From: Lytechinus pictus
Taxonomy: Eukaryota
Direction: 5' to 3'
Length of the DNA stretch: 64,000 nucleotides
Assembly (NCBI RefSeq): GCF_037042905.1
Contig: NC_087251.1
Span: 44,332,001-44,396,000, forward strand
In this document: piece after piece, positions 53,001-64,000 of the stretch
Numbering within the stretch: the first letter of the stretch is position 1
Layout of the letters: every line of letters begins with the position of its first letter
Program-made: the position numbers and the translations under genes
Notes under the pieces: generated by a model
What the model saw: the letters and a program-made list of their open reading frames with translations, nothing else
What the model was told of the DNA's origin: nothing
Database searches by the model: none

Positions 53001-56000
53001 GTGGCGAATGTACATGTAGATAAACGCCTTGACAAAGGACGCGAGTGCTGCAGTGGGATTTCAACCCCAGACCTTGTGGTTCAAAGTCCGGAGACTTACC
53101 CACTGAGCCACAACCTCTTGGCCCTGTTTTTAGCCAAAAGTGCTGTAAAGGACACACATGATTAAATCAGACTGTAGAAATTGTGTATTTAGAAATTCTA
53201 TTAATCAAATGGATTGGTCTAGTCCTGATTATTTCCTTCCAATTCTATTTTCTCGAAGTTTTATTTGCTATTAGCCATTCATGGCTCGCCATTTAGGGTC
53301 CATTGTCCATTTTGGTTCTATTTTATATTGTTTTGCTCTAGCGTTTTAGTCATTCATGCAATTTTACTCCAATGAGTGCACGCTGAAAAGATTCAGTATG
53401 TCCGTTTTTATGGCCATTTTACTATTAGATTATTTTAAACATATGGCTCTTGAATGATACTCGCAGACAATAGTTTTTAATATATACTAATGTTTAATCA
53501 TTTATATTCACAATGAAATAATGTTCCCAAGTATGTTTATGCATAAGTATATGTTATGCAAGGCCCCCTAATAATATATCATATTGAATACAGATGAGGC
53601 TTCCTTGTTAAATGAAAACAAAATGAATTAACAGAATGTGATAGATAATCGGCTTCCAGACAAAGATTGAGAAAACTGATCTATGCAAGCCCACTTTTAT
53701 TGCATTTTTAATTTCATTACTTTCAATGCATTTATGTTATGAGAGGACAATTAATTTATCATGAATTGCAACATCAAGTCACTTCCCATTCTTGTTCCAG
53801 CTTACCTCCTGACTAGCATAATGGTAGAGGCAACAGTAGAAGAGAGTTGTGATGACTGGCTGAAAGTATAAAGATGTCTTCCTAGGGAGCTCTCGGAATG
53901 GAAACCTTCCTTCTATCTGATACCTCTGATCTCTTGGCTAGAGAAACAAACACAGGAGTGTTGGTCAGTAATAAATCATTTATTGGAAATAGCGAAAGTT
54001 GCAAAGTAAACTGGGTTCCAAAAGAAACTTATCAAACTTCACAAGCGCACTTCACAAATTCCACTCAATCAAAATGAACAAAAATTTTGACACAGGCTAG
54101 CTTCAATAATGTGTACTAACTAAGCATGTGTCAATAACTAAGAAATTGGTTTAGTAACAAAGAGGCTGTAGTCCTTCAAAATTAATTGGTTCCGGAATCC
54201 AAAGTCACAAAATGGCAAAAGAAAGACCAATGAAAGTGAGATGGGATTAAACAAACGTAAAGTTCACATTATGACCATCGGCATGTTTAATTGATTGCCT
54301 CAATAACTAAGAGGTTTAATACAGGAAGTTAGAATTAACATTTTAAACACACCTCTTGAGGTCAAAGAAGCATAATGCACGAATGGACTCAAAAGCAGTC
54401 AAGCAAATTTGTTGATGCTCACAGTTCTTAACACCTTCCACCCACCTTTACTTTCTATCAGGTACTTATTAAACATTTCTACAGAAATTAGAATCTTAGA
54501 TCAGGAACTTATCTATTTGGATTAATCAAAATGATGGATTATGGCAAGTTAGTAGGTATAAATAGGTATATGAGGAACATGAAATGAAATTCAATAGTGT
54601 TGATTGATCAGTTGTCTCGCAAAGCGGTTGAAACTGTAAGAGAGTTGACAATGTTTCGTTGGCTGCTGCTCAACTTTGTCAAGTTCCTCATATCATTTCT
54701 ATGAAATGAAATGCATTAGGATCACAAGAAGGAAAGAGAAGGGAAGAGACAGAGACAGACAGGGACCAATCTTCACTATATAATGCATAGCAACAATGAA
54801 ATCTTACCTCAATCTGCAGTTGCTTGTTGAGAAGCAAAACTTGTTCTTTGATTATTTCATTTTCGGTGGCTAAAGATTCTTTGCGCTGGAAGTACATCCT
54901 ATACAGGAGATAAAAAGATGTAATAAACAAAAATGTAATAGTAATAAATCATGATGTTAAAATATTCACCAGGCAAGGTGATTGAGGAATTCAAACCTGC
55001 TTGCCAAGGCTACCAGTGGTGTTCTCTCAACATTCATGAAAAAGTATTTTGCATAATTTATTATTATTATTTGTTTGGCGTCACCTGTGCCTGGGAGACA
55101 AAAAGCGAACTGAATCACTGTGACCCGCAGGTCTCTCCTCCCGATATAACTGATTGGGGGAGTGCAGGTGGACCACTACACCGGGGTTTCCCCCTAATCT
55201 TATACAAATAGTGCAGTGAGTTCTTAACGTGCAAAGGTGGTGATTCTCCTCTACACGGGGCCTCCATTTAACGTCCTATCCGAGGGACAGAGTGTTTTCC
55301 ACTGTAACATAGCCTGTATCTATGAAACATGGGAGAGACGTTTACAAACAATGCACTGGCTTCAGTCATCCGCCCGGGGTGGACTCGAACCCATGATCTT
55401 TAGTTCGACGGGCAGACGCATTACCGACTGAGACAACTTCGCTCATCATCTTATGATGATGTGGGGTTTGAAAATAATAGTCTATGGTGAAATAAATGTT
55501 TACCCGAAAAAGGGAATAACACAAGCTCAATCACACATCAAACAGAGAGAAGAAGAATATAGGAGACACAACAAAATGGAACTTAACTCAATGAAGTCTG
55601 GTGGGTGCACTGATTTTTTTTTTTAGAGGGCTGCTTTGCCTAATCAGAACTCAAATCATATTACAAAATTAACATATATTCAAATTACATAAAATCAACC
55701 AATCAAAATAAAGAGAATGGAGGAGCCAACTAAAAGTGGACAGGTCGAATTCATAAGAATAACCAATGAGAGATAGAGGATGGAGATGCATAACATGTTG
55801 GGATAATTACATAGTAAGAATCAGATGTGGGAATGTAATTAATGAACACATCTGAATAGGAAAAGAAATGACAAGAGAAGCTGGTTGAAAGACTAATGGA
55901 AATAGATGACAACAGAAGCATCAAGAATGTAAACAGAGCTGAACTAAATAAAATACCAAAGTTGGAACTGTAAATAACTATAAAGAAAACCATATGTCAC

Positions 56001-58843
56001 AATAACAGTCCTACAATGACTTCTATGGTAGTAATGACAATTGTACAAATACAACACTCAAAGGGTTATAATTATCACATCATTACTACTGATTGAGAAT
56101 ATCAGCATAGCGAAAATATTATCCACGTTCACGTGTGTTTACTAACATAATTCTGCACTAAAAAGAGACAATATTCCTTAAATGATTATTTAAACATCAT
56201 ATCAATAATGCATTTACTATGTACATGTATTTGCCTCTCAAAACAACTTCTTCTCATATTATAGTAGAGCTACTTACGAATTGCAGTCCATTATTCTAGT
56301 GAGCCTTTGCTGCGGAAGTTCAGTCTGGCTGGCTAGTTTATACCTCCACAACTAAAATGACAAAACAAAACAAACATGGCATGATGTGTTAACAGCTGGT
56401 GCGTGTTCATGTTCAAAGGGTAAGTACAATAGCATAGCAGAATTTGTAATTCATTTGGCTCATCATTTACAATTGAGTGATACCTTCATAAACACCTTTA
56501 TTCTCAGAGCAAAAAAAAACATAATAGGGACTAGCAATTTAGTATAGATTTTTAAAAAAAGTTTGAATTCTGCGGAAGAATAAATTTTCAAACTGTAAAA
56601 TCCACTCTTTAAAACAAACACGCTTGTTATTTTTTAAAGGAGAATGAAACTCTTGGAGCAAGTTAGCTTTTGTGAAAGCAGAAAAATCAAAGAATAAGAT
56701 CAACAAAAGTTTGAGTAAAATAGGACTAGCAATAGAAGAGTTATGAGCATTTGAATGTCGAGATCACTAATGCTATGGAGATCCTCTAATTGGCAATGCG
56801 ACCAAGATCTATGATGTCACAGATGAACAACTCTCCCCTTTTGGACACTGAAAATATACCCCAAAACATCTCTTTTTGCTCATTCTAATCATATGACAAA
56901 TGATATAATGTTGTGAAACCTCTGTACTTGTCCTCTCATAAAGAGAACACCTCACTTTGTGATAGACTCTATAAAAGTGAGAATATAAGTGAAATAAGTA
57001 CTTAAGTAATGAGGGAGTTGTACGTGTGTGACATCACAGAACTTGGTCGCATTGCCAATTGGAGGATCTACATGGCATTAGTGATCTCAATATTCAAATG
57101 CTCATAACTTTCTTATTATTCATTCAATCTTCCTCAAACTTTCAACAATATGTTTCTTTGATTTTTCTCTTTGATATAAATTCAGCTGGTTTCAAGGGTT
57201 TCATTCTCCTTTAAGATAATGGTTTAGAAAAAGTTTAGAAATGTAATAAAAATGAAAAGAAAAAAATTGCATCAAATATGCCCATCATTTATTTTTAATC
57301 TAGTGAAAATATAGATAAAGTCATCAAATGTGTAATTTACGTCAGTTCAAGCTTGGACAAAAGTAAGAACTTACTGCAGCTTCTTCAACTCTTCCTAGTG
57401 CTCTGTAATGAAATAAAATAAATTGAGATTCAAAACTGATTTTAACTCATGAATACAGTTTATGTTAAAAGAGGGCATGTTTCTAAACCATTAGGTGAAA
57501 TAGATAATTTCAGATAAATTGTAATACATGATTATAATAATGATATTAATAATGTTAGATTTATTAAGCACACATAATTAACACTTAATTCTCTATGCGT
57601 TTCACATTATATATCAAACTTAACATATTATACTTGTTCTTTTGATGCCCTGAATAATTGTAAGGCTGCAATCTTTCCTAACTGATCAATTGGTTTTTCT
57701 TTTATTTTGCTTTTGCATACATACAAGTATAAATCACTGAAATTCATTAGCATCTACACAAAACGTTTTATCCTGCACCAGAAATTTGAGCTGGTTATAG
57801 TGCTGAGTTGGCATATGGTAATCAACCGTCACAACTCTTGACCTTTTTGCTAAGGGCCTGGTTTGATTTAGTCTGAACCAGGGAATCAAAGAAAAACCAA
57901 TGAAAATTCCAAACAGGACAATATCACATGTGAAAGGCTAATAAATTCACCCAAGAAAATGGAGAAATCTTCACATGAATTGTATTTCCAGAGTTTGATT
58001 TCATTCATTTAAGGTTTCAATAATGAAATTTGTTAGAACTAGACCACCATGCACCGGGTCTCGATCAGAACAACCATTCGAATTAGGGCCCCGTCTTACA
58101 AAGAGTTACGATTGATCTGATCAACCTCAAATATATGGAAATCCATCAATGTCATAATTTTTTTCTTTAGGAATTTTGCACAAGGTCCTTTGAAAACAAA
58201 GAGAAGCAAACTGAATTGTCAAGAAAACAGTGAATATATGAATATACCTAATTTCTATAAAATATTTTGAACAAATGTTTTTTTAGATGTTGACGTTGTT
58301 GGCTTTCCATAGTTGCGATTGATTGATCGGATTAATCGCAAATCTTCGTAAGACGGGGTCCCAGGTTTACAAAAATAACTGTGATGGCCCATCAAACCAT
58401 CAATAATTATTTACTATGACATGTACTTGATACTCACCCTAATTCAGCTGCAACGGACTCCTCCTTAGACTGGTAAGATTTTAGGAATGATATGTATTGG
58501 TTGACAGCCTCTGGCCTCTTACTCAGCTCCTGGTGAAATATAGTTTTGCTGAGCGTTTTCTTCAAAAACATTACTATCTGTAAAGGGAGGATATTCAGAA
58601 AGGTTTGGTGGATAGATGTAGATACAAATAAAATGTTTGTGAAAATATGAAAACTATGGAAATGTCCTCCAAAACCTCCATGAAGTCATCTGAACATCAT
58701 ATTCATTGTCAACCATAATAATAATCATCATCACCACCACCACCACCACCACCATCATCATCGAGATTATCATCATCACCATCATTACCACAATCACCAC
58801 CACCACCACCACCACCACCACCACCACCACCACCACCACCACC

Positions 58844-58913
<70 letters not shown>

Positions 58914-58917
58914 GCAC

Positions 58918-58961
<44 letters not shown>

Positions 58962-59195
58962 CAATCATCATCATGGTGACGATACTGAATATCCTTCTCC
59001 TCCATATCCTTTCCCTCCTAAGAAAGGATTGGTGGATATAGATACAAATAAAATGTTTGTGAAAATGTGAAATACTATGACAATGTCCTCCAAAACCTCC
59101 ATGAAGTCATCTGAACATCATATTCATTGTCAACCATAATAATAATCATCATCACCACCACCACCACCACCGCCACCATCATCATCATCATCATC

Positions 59196-59233
<38 letters not shown>

Positions 59234-61521
59234 CCATCATCATCAACGACATATTTATCATCACAATGTATTTGGGGGAAATTTTGATGGGTACAGCATG
59301 CATCATTAGAATACTATTATTCCTGAAATGATACAATCATTCATCATTAATAACATGGTGACGATACAGATATTTTCCTGAAGATCTCCGGGGTGAAAAT
59401 TTTGAATATCCTTCTCCTCCTCATCCTCCTCTATAACCTATCCCTCCTAATCTATCAGCCCCTCTCTTCACTCAACTAAATCTCTTGATGGGTGGATATA
59501 GAGCTTGTTGGCATTTTAAGAATGAATTTGGGTACATTACGAATATCACCTCTCGATACCCAATATCAAATCAATGTCTTTTGTGACTCTTTTTATTTGG
59601 AATTCATTTCCATTTCAGTTTGTAAGAGTGACACAAGATGATTTCCATGAATCAATTCATCTGTCAATCTAAAACCATCCAGATAGTTACTCACCGCAAT
59701 GATAGCATTTCCATCATGGAAACCAATAGCAGCATCTAAAAGAGTCATCTTGTCTTTGAGTGACTTGTAGGGTTCAAGTGAATACCTCTCACCGGTGATG
59801 ATACGACTGACAGTATCCGCTACGGGAAGAGCAGACCAGCGGGATTTTTCAAGACTCTAGATAAAAAAAAAATGGAGAAAATGATAAGCACAAAGTAATT
59901 TATTTATTCATTCATTCATTGATTTCAATTTTATTTTTGCTCTCAGGAATAACTGCACACGAAGTAATATTTTGTAATTATGGGTAGGTAATGTACATGT
60001 AGATTCTGAATGGGAAATTCATCTCAAATTACGACAGCATATATCGCAAAAAAAGACTATCACCTAGGGCCTATATCGTAGATGGGTGACAAGGATATAT
60101 ATATAAAACAATACTTTTTTACCTTTATTTTTCTATGTAAGGCATGAATCTCTGCTTGAAGTTTAGCAACCTCTGTCATGGATGGTCTGGTATCTTTCTT
60201 GGTGGCTACAGAAAAAAATAATACATAAGAGATTAAATTAAAAGTCAAGTCGACCCTTCATCTTTATAAAAATAAAACAGCTCTACTATTTGGAATGCTA
60301 GTATATAATGTACTAGGCTTAGGGAAAATAGATTAGAAATTATTAATCTCACTAGCAGATAATATTGTTTCACTTCTTTAAAAATATAGTAATATAGCCA
60401 GTCAAACAAAGGAAAATAATTCCACTATAATTAATCCCGCTATAATTTTGAAAGAGATGCCTGGTATATATCCATTCAAATCCATTCCTTCAGTCTGAAC
60501 TACAGTTCACAGTAATGGAGTCTTAGTTGATCCTCAATGTGGGCCAAAATCGAACAATTTAATGCTGAATGCTGACTGGCCAAATTCCATGTTCAGACAC
60601 TGCATTTGGCGGAATCTTATTATTGTCTGCACCATCACATCACAAAACTTGCCCAGGAGAGACACCTTGCTGTACAGTACATCTAAGTGATTGTCTGTCA
60701 AATTTTCCTCATGGCCATTTTGACTTCTCTAAACTATTTTTGATTACATGATGTTACTTGAACCAATCACATTACAGGATTAAATTCATATGCCTTATAG
60801 GGGATTAACGTTGCCGCTTACAAAGATACATTGGGGTCATTCCATGCCAATTCACCCAATGAATGTGCAATTTTGCACCCGACCCTCTCGGAATTCGTTG
60901 TAAATTGGTACACATAAAATTCACCATAGCCCACGCACAAAACAAAAAAAATAAGTCCAATTGGTCCGTCGGTTCTCGCGCTACGGCCCGCCCTTTTCTC
61001 CTTTTTTTGACAAAAATGGGCGTGACCTTCAACTTTCAATGGCCACTGCGTTGTAACGTGTTGACCAATTTTCATGAAATTGGTACCATTTATTCGGAAA
61101 TTCAGAGAGGAATCCAAAACATGCATCAAATAATGTATTGGAGCGATTTATAAGGTCATGACCTTTGACCTTTACTTTGACCTTGAGTTTGACCCCCGGA
61201 CAAATAATTTTTTAACTTGATTTTCGTGTATGTTAATTATTAGTATGATATTGACAAAATATGTTAAAATCAATGATGATATTGTATTTCTTCACCTTTT
61301 AAAACTCTTCCAAAGATACCATGAAATTTCACTCTAGTCCTACATACTGATATTCATGTTAGTAAAGTGTTTACCAGTTACATGATTTCTTCCAATCTTA
61401 AGTTACAGTATGTATGCACATGAAAAGAAATTAAGCTCATCAGTTCACAAATGAAACATTAAACATTTATGCTCATGAATAGGTATCTGTTTAGGCATTT
61501 TGATGTTCAGCAATATATATC

Positions 61522-61556
<35 letters not shown>

Positions 61557-62348
61557 CTTCTTGTTAGTAAATAGGCATATACTCAACAATTTGATGATAA
61601 AAGTAAACACTTTACTAACAGGAATATGGGTGAATCCAGATGGAATGACCCCAATGTATCTTTGTAAGCGGCAACGTAAATCCCCTATAAGGCATATGAA
61701 TTTAATCCTGTAATGTGATTGGTTCAAGTAACATCATGTAATCAAAAATAGTTTAGAGAAGTCAAAATGGCCATGAGGAAAATTTGACAGACAATCACTT
61801 AGATGTACTGTACAGCAAGGTGTCTCTCCTGGGCAAGTTTTGTGATGTGATGGTGCAGACAATAATAAGATTCCGCCAAATGCAGTGTCTGAACATGGAA
61901 TTTGGCCAGTCAGCATTCAGCATTAAATTGTTCGATTTTGGCCCACATTGAGGATCAACTAAGACTCCATTACTGTGAACTGTAGTTCAGACTGAAGGAA
62001 TGGATTTGAATGGATATATACCAGGCATCTCTTTCAAAATTATAGCGGGATTATAGCGAGTTTAGAGAACATATTGGAGAACATAAATATTGACAGAAAA
62101 TGAAATATTTTCTAAGCATTTAAAACACAACTCCAGATCATTGTCTTTACATGTATGTAACTCTTATATCAAAAGACATTTCAGCCTAGTGACTTTACTA
62201 AACTAAAATACACTTTATAGTGTTTAGTACTCAGTAAAAGTAGAAAAAAAGTCCTATTTCTTACTTTCATCAATTGATGCAGAGCTACCATGGTGACTTC
62301 CATGTGAGGAGCCAGGAGATGACGATTGTGATGTATTCTTTTTATCTC
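48894..62348 (-). CDS. VIPAS39: VIPAS39/SPE-39 (VPS33B partner), 3' 12 exons: 62265-62348, 60123-60205, 59695-59856, 58438-58577, 57375-57402, 56278-56351, 54808-54898, 53806-53937, 52558-52689, 51740-51826, 50801-50992, 48894-48914; 5' end outside the window
   Basis: Phase-consistent GT-AG exons. Peptides YSLEPYKSLKDKMTLLDAAIGFHDGNAIIA, IVMFLKKTLSK, VITTLFYCCLYHY, DKQFLFQALLARAKLKDW, NWLGKAK, ATKFKIHVVVIDT, LKDRQRLLAYR and the terminal KWKN-stop match recalled human VIPAS39. Confidence 0.93.
49063..49647. mobile_element. Kolobok-like MITE, subfamily related to C
   Basis: TTAA TSD, AGGGGAATGAAACC / GGTTTCATTCTCCT termini, shared ATCACTAATGCTATGGAGATCCTCCCATTGGCAATGCGAC block. Confidence 0.85.
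49960..50145. repeat. (ATC)n microsatellite
   Basis: Directly visible; source of the poly-I/poly-M pseudo-ORFs. Confidence 0.97.
50296..50728. mobile_element. MITE with GACACC(A/G)TTCT termini inserted in an AG-rich tract
   Basis: GACACCATTCT / AGAACGGTGTC, with ATA on both flanks. Confidence 0.55.
52075..52190. repeat. About 31-33-bp minisatellite TGCATTTTTGCAAATAAATGCTTTATTAA x4
   Basis: Directly visible tandem units. Confidence 0.9.
55065..55444 (-). mobile_element. tRNA-derived SINE (different family)
   Basis: Minus-strand head GTCTCAGTCGGTAATGCG...GGTTCGAGTCC with A/B boxes; (AAT)n tail. Confidence 0.7.
56638..57210. mobile_element. Kolobok-like MITE family C, copy 2
   Basis: TTAA TSD; same orientation as copy 1; 11 bp shorter. 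Confidence 0.88.
58606..59500. repeat. About 420-bp tandem duplication carrying compound (ACC)n/(ATC)n microsatellites
   Basis: GATACAAATAAAATGTTTGTGAAAAT...CATATTCATTGTCAACCATAAT at 58621 and 59041. Confidence 0.9.
60432..62053. mobile_element. Composite foldback structure: 401-bp inverted arms (60432-60832, 61653-62053) around an 820-bp TIR element (60833-61652)
   Basis: Arms are reverse complements with one mismatch seen by eye; an identical 60-aa ORF appears on both strands in the track. Inner termini GGGGTCATTCCAT / ATGGAATGACCCC. Confidence 0.85.
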
Positions 62349-63146
62349 CTAGGAAGAAAATAAATTGGAAAAATAATAAATAAAGGAAATACTCAAGTAT
62401 TAGAGAAAAACATTAACAAGTACAGAACAAGCCATTTTGGCTTATATTTGTCTGCTCATTGGAGACACTGGCTCGTATTCTGAAGTTGGGTTTAACTTAA
62501 ACTCAGGTTTAAAGTTGTGGTTTAAGTATGGATAGCCAATTGTTACATAAATCACTAACAGTAAAAATATCATATTTCAGCTCATTTGGCTATCAAATCA
62601 TTCATAATTGTCTAGGAAGTATAAATAGATGATCGTCTTCACCATCGATGCATCAGGAAAGAGCACAGTTAACATAAGAAATATACAACTAAATAAAAAT
62701 ATTGACACTTTTGGCTTTCCATAATTTCAGCACAGAGTTAGACCATGGTCTAAGTTAAACCTGACTTCAGAACACGGGCCAATGGCATTTTTGGTCAAAT
62801 GATGCAGCAGGGTGAATGGTTTAATTGAAAAGTGAATAATAATAATAATAAATGCTTTCTGCAATAGAATGCATAGAAATCTCAAGCTTAATGCATGCCA
62901 AGAATTATTCATATCCAATTTGTTGAGCTTCGTTTATCAGTTGTCAAACAACATTCTGATAAAAACAACAAAAACAATGAGATTTCCAAAGATCGAAATG
63001 ATGACCAATATGTCTCCAAAAGGAACATAAGATCATTTACACAACATCAAACTACCTCCACATAATGCCCCCCTGTATCAAAACACAATGTAAAAGTGAG
63101 AAAAAAAAAAATTATATACACAAATGTATAGGGCATACAAATATAC

Positions 63147-63220
63147 CTTTAGAGCGAGCTACGAGTAACAATGGAGAGATCGGCATTGCTTTGATTGTTA
63201 CACAGGCTGGATCTTCTTCA
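63147..63220 (-). CDS. Possible additional upstream VIPAS39 exon
   Basis: TCTTTAG acceptor and AAAG|GTATAT phase-1 donor compatible with 62348; open peptide EEDPACVTIKAMPISPLLLVARSK has no recognisable homology. Confidence 0.25.
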
Positions 63221-64000
63221 CTAAAGACATGAAGCTCCTACTTGCCACCATCCTTTATAATGGTCTGTATTATAGTTTGCATGGGATGGTAAACACCTTC
63301 ATCCATATCAAACACTTCCTGTGTTTAGTGCCTTACAGTGTTTAGAGGCAGAAAGAAGGAAATTGTATATTTCCCTTTCATTTATACATCCCTTCTTCCA
63401 ACTAGATTACAACGTATTAGCAAAGGAGACAATTAAGTTGTATATATTGCTAATTGCCCAATTAACTAATTAAAATTGATTGCCAGCATACCTAAATAAT
63501 GTTTTATCTTATCCTGACCAGAAAATAAATATATCTTTCAGGCTATTAACATACAACATTTATACAGGACTATATGTAATTAATGTAATTAATGTGTTAC
63601 ATTACCCTGGATTTATCAATACCCTGATAAGCTTGAGTATTCAAAAGAATAAACCTTTCTACAGAGTACACATACACCTGGGTGGAGAGTGGTAAATGTA
63701 AATAAATGCATTGCCTGCAGCTCAGAGTTCAGGCACTTTATTCCCTGAGCCACAACCCCTCTAGTTTACTTACAATATTTTCATATTGCACGAATCATAA
63801 GATATTGTAATCAAAGCAAAGACATTCCTGACTTGCGCTCAGTAAAATGAGTTTACAATTCTTTTTTATCTTAAGTGCTGTATCATTTTCAGAGTAAACA
63901 TATTATTGTATTTACTGGCTGCAAGCTATTAGATTCTTCAAAAGTTCTTTATTCAACATCAACAAGGTATTGTCATATAAATAATATGACCTTTGACTGT

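Noticed and set aside
49866..59336. Poly-I/M/D/G/T/H ORFs
   Set aside because: Translations of intronic (ATC)n/(ACC)n microsatellites.
60569..61916. Identical 60-aa ORF on both strands
   Set aside because: Consequence of the inverted arms; no homology or splice evidence.

Overview
AT-rich, intron-rich animal genomic DNA. The repeat families and intron style suggest a marine invertebrate deuterostome such as a sea urchin; this is inference. Most ORFs in the supplied track are spurious, so I built three spliced genes by hand from GT-AG junctions with consistent phases. (1) The 5' part of Son of sevenless (SOS) on the minus strand: coding exons 16691-16765 and 1053-1310, a 15.4-kb intron between them, and the gene continuing off the left edge. 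(2) A complete 9-exon plus-strand gene (23751-36485, about 1004 aa), divergent from SOS. Its N- and C-termini resemble PWWP3A/MUM1/EXPAND1 but it shows no PWWP domain. It carries SIM-like motifs and coding tandem repeats, and its last coding exon is repeated about 3.3 times into the 3'UTR. (3) The 3' 12 exons of VIPAS39/SPE-39 on the minus strand (48894-62348), with the 5' end beyond the right edge. Non-coding DNA is dense with non-autonomous DNA transposons (Harbinger-, Kolobok-, piggyBac-, AcademH-, Helentron- and Crypton-like), tRNA-derived SINEs, a decayed Tx1/L1 LINE, microsatellites and local tandem duplications. Highlights: a 401-bp near-perfect inverted repeat wrapped around an older TIR element in a VIPAS39 intron; a MITE-anchored fold-back duplication; a spliced uORF in frame with SOS; and candidate alternative SOS first exons. 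All homology calls come from recalled sequences, not database searches.
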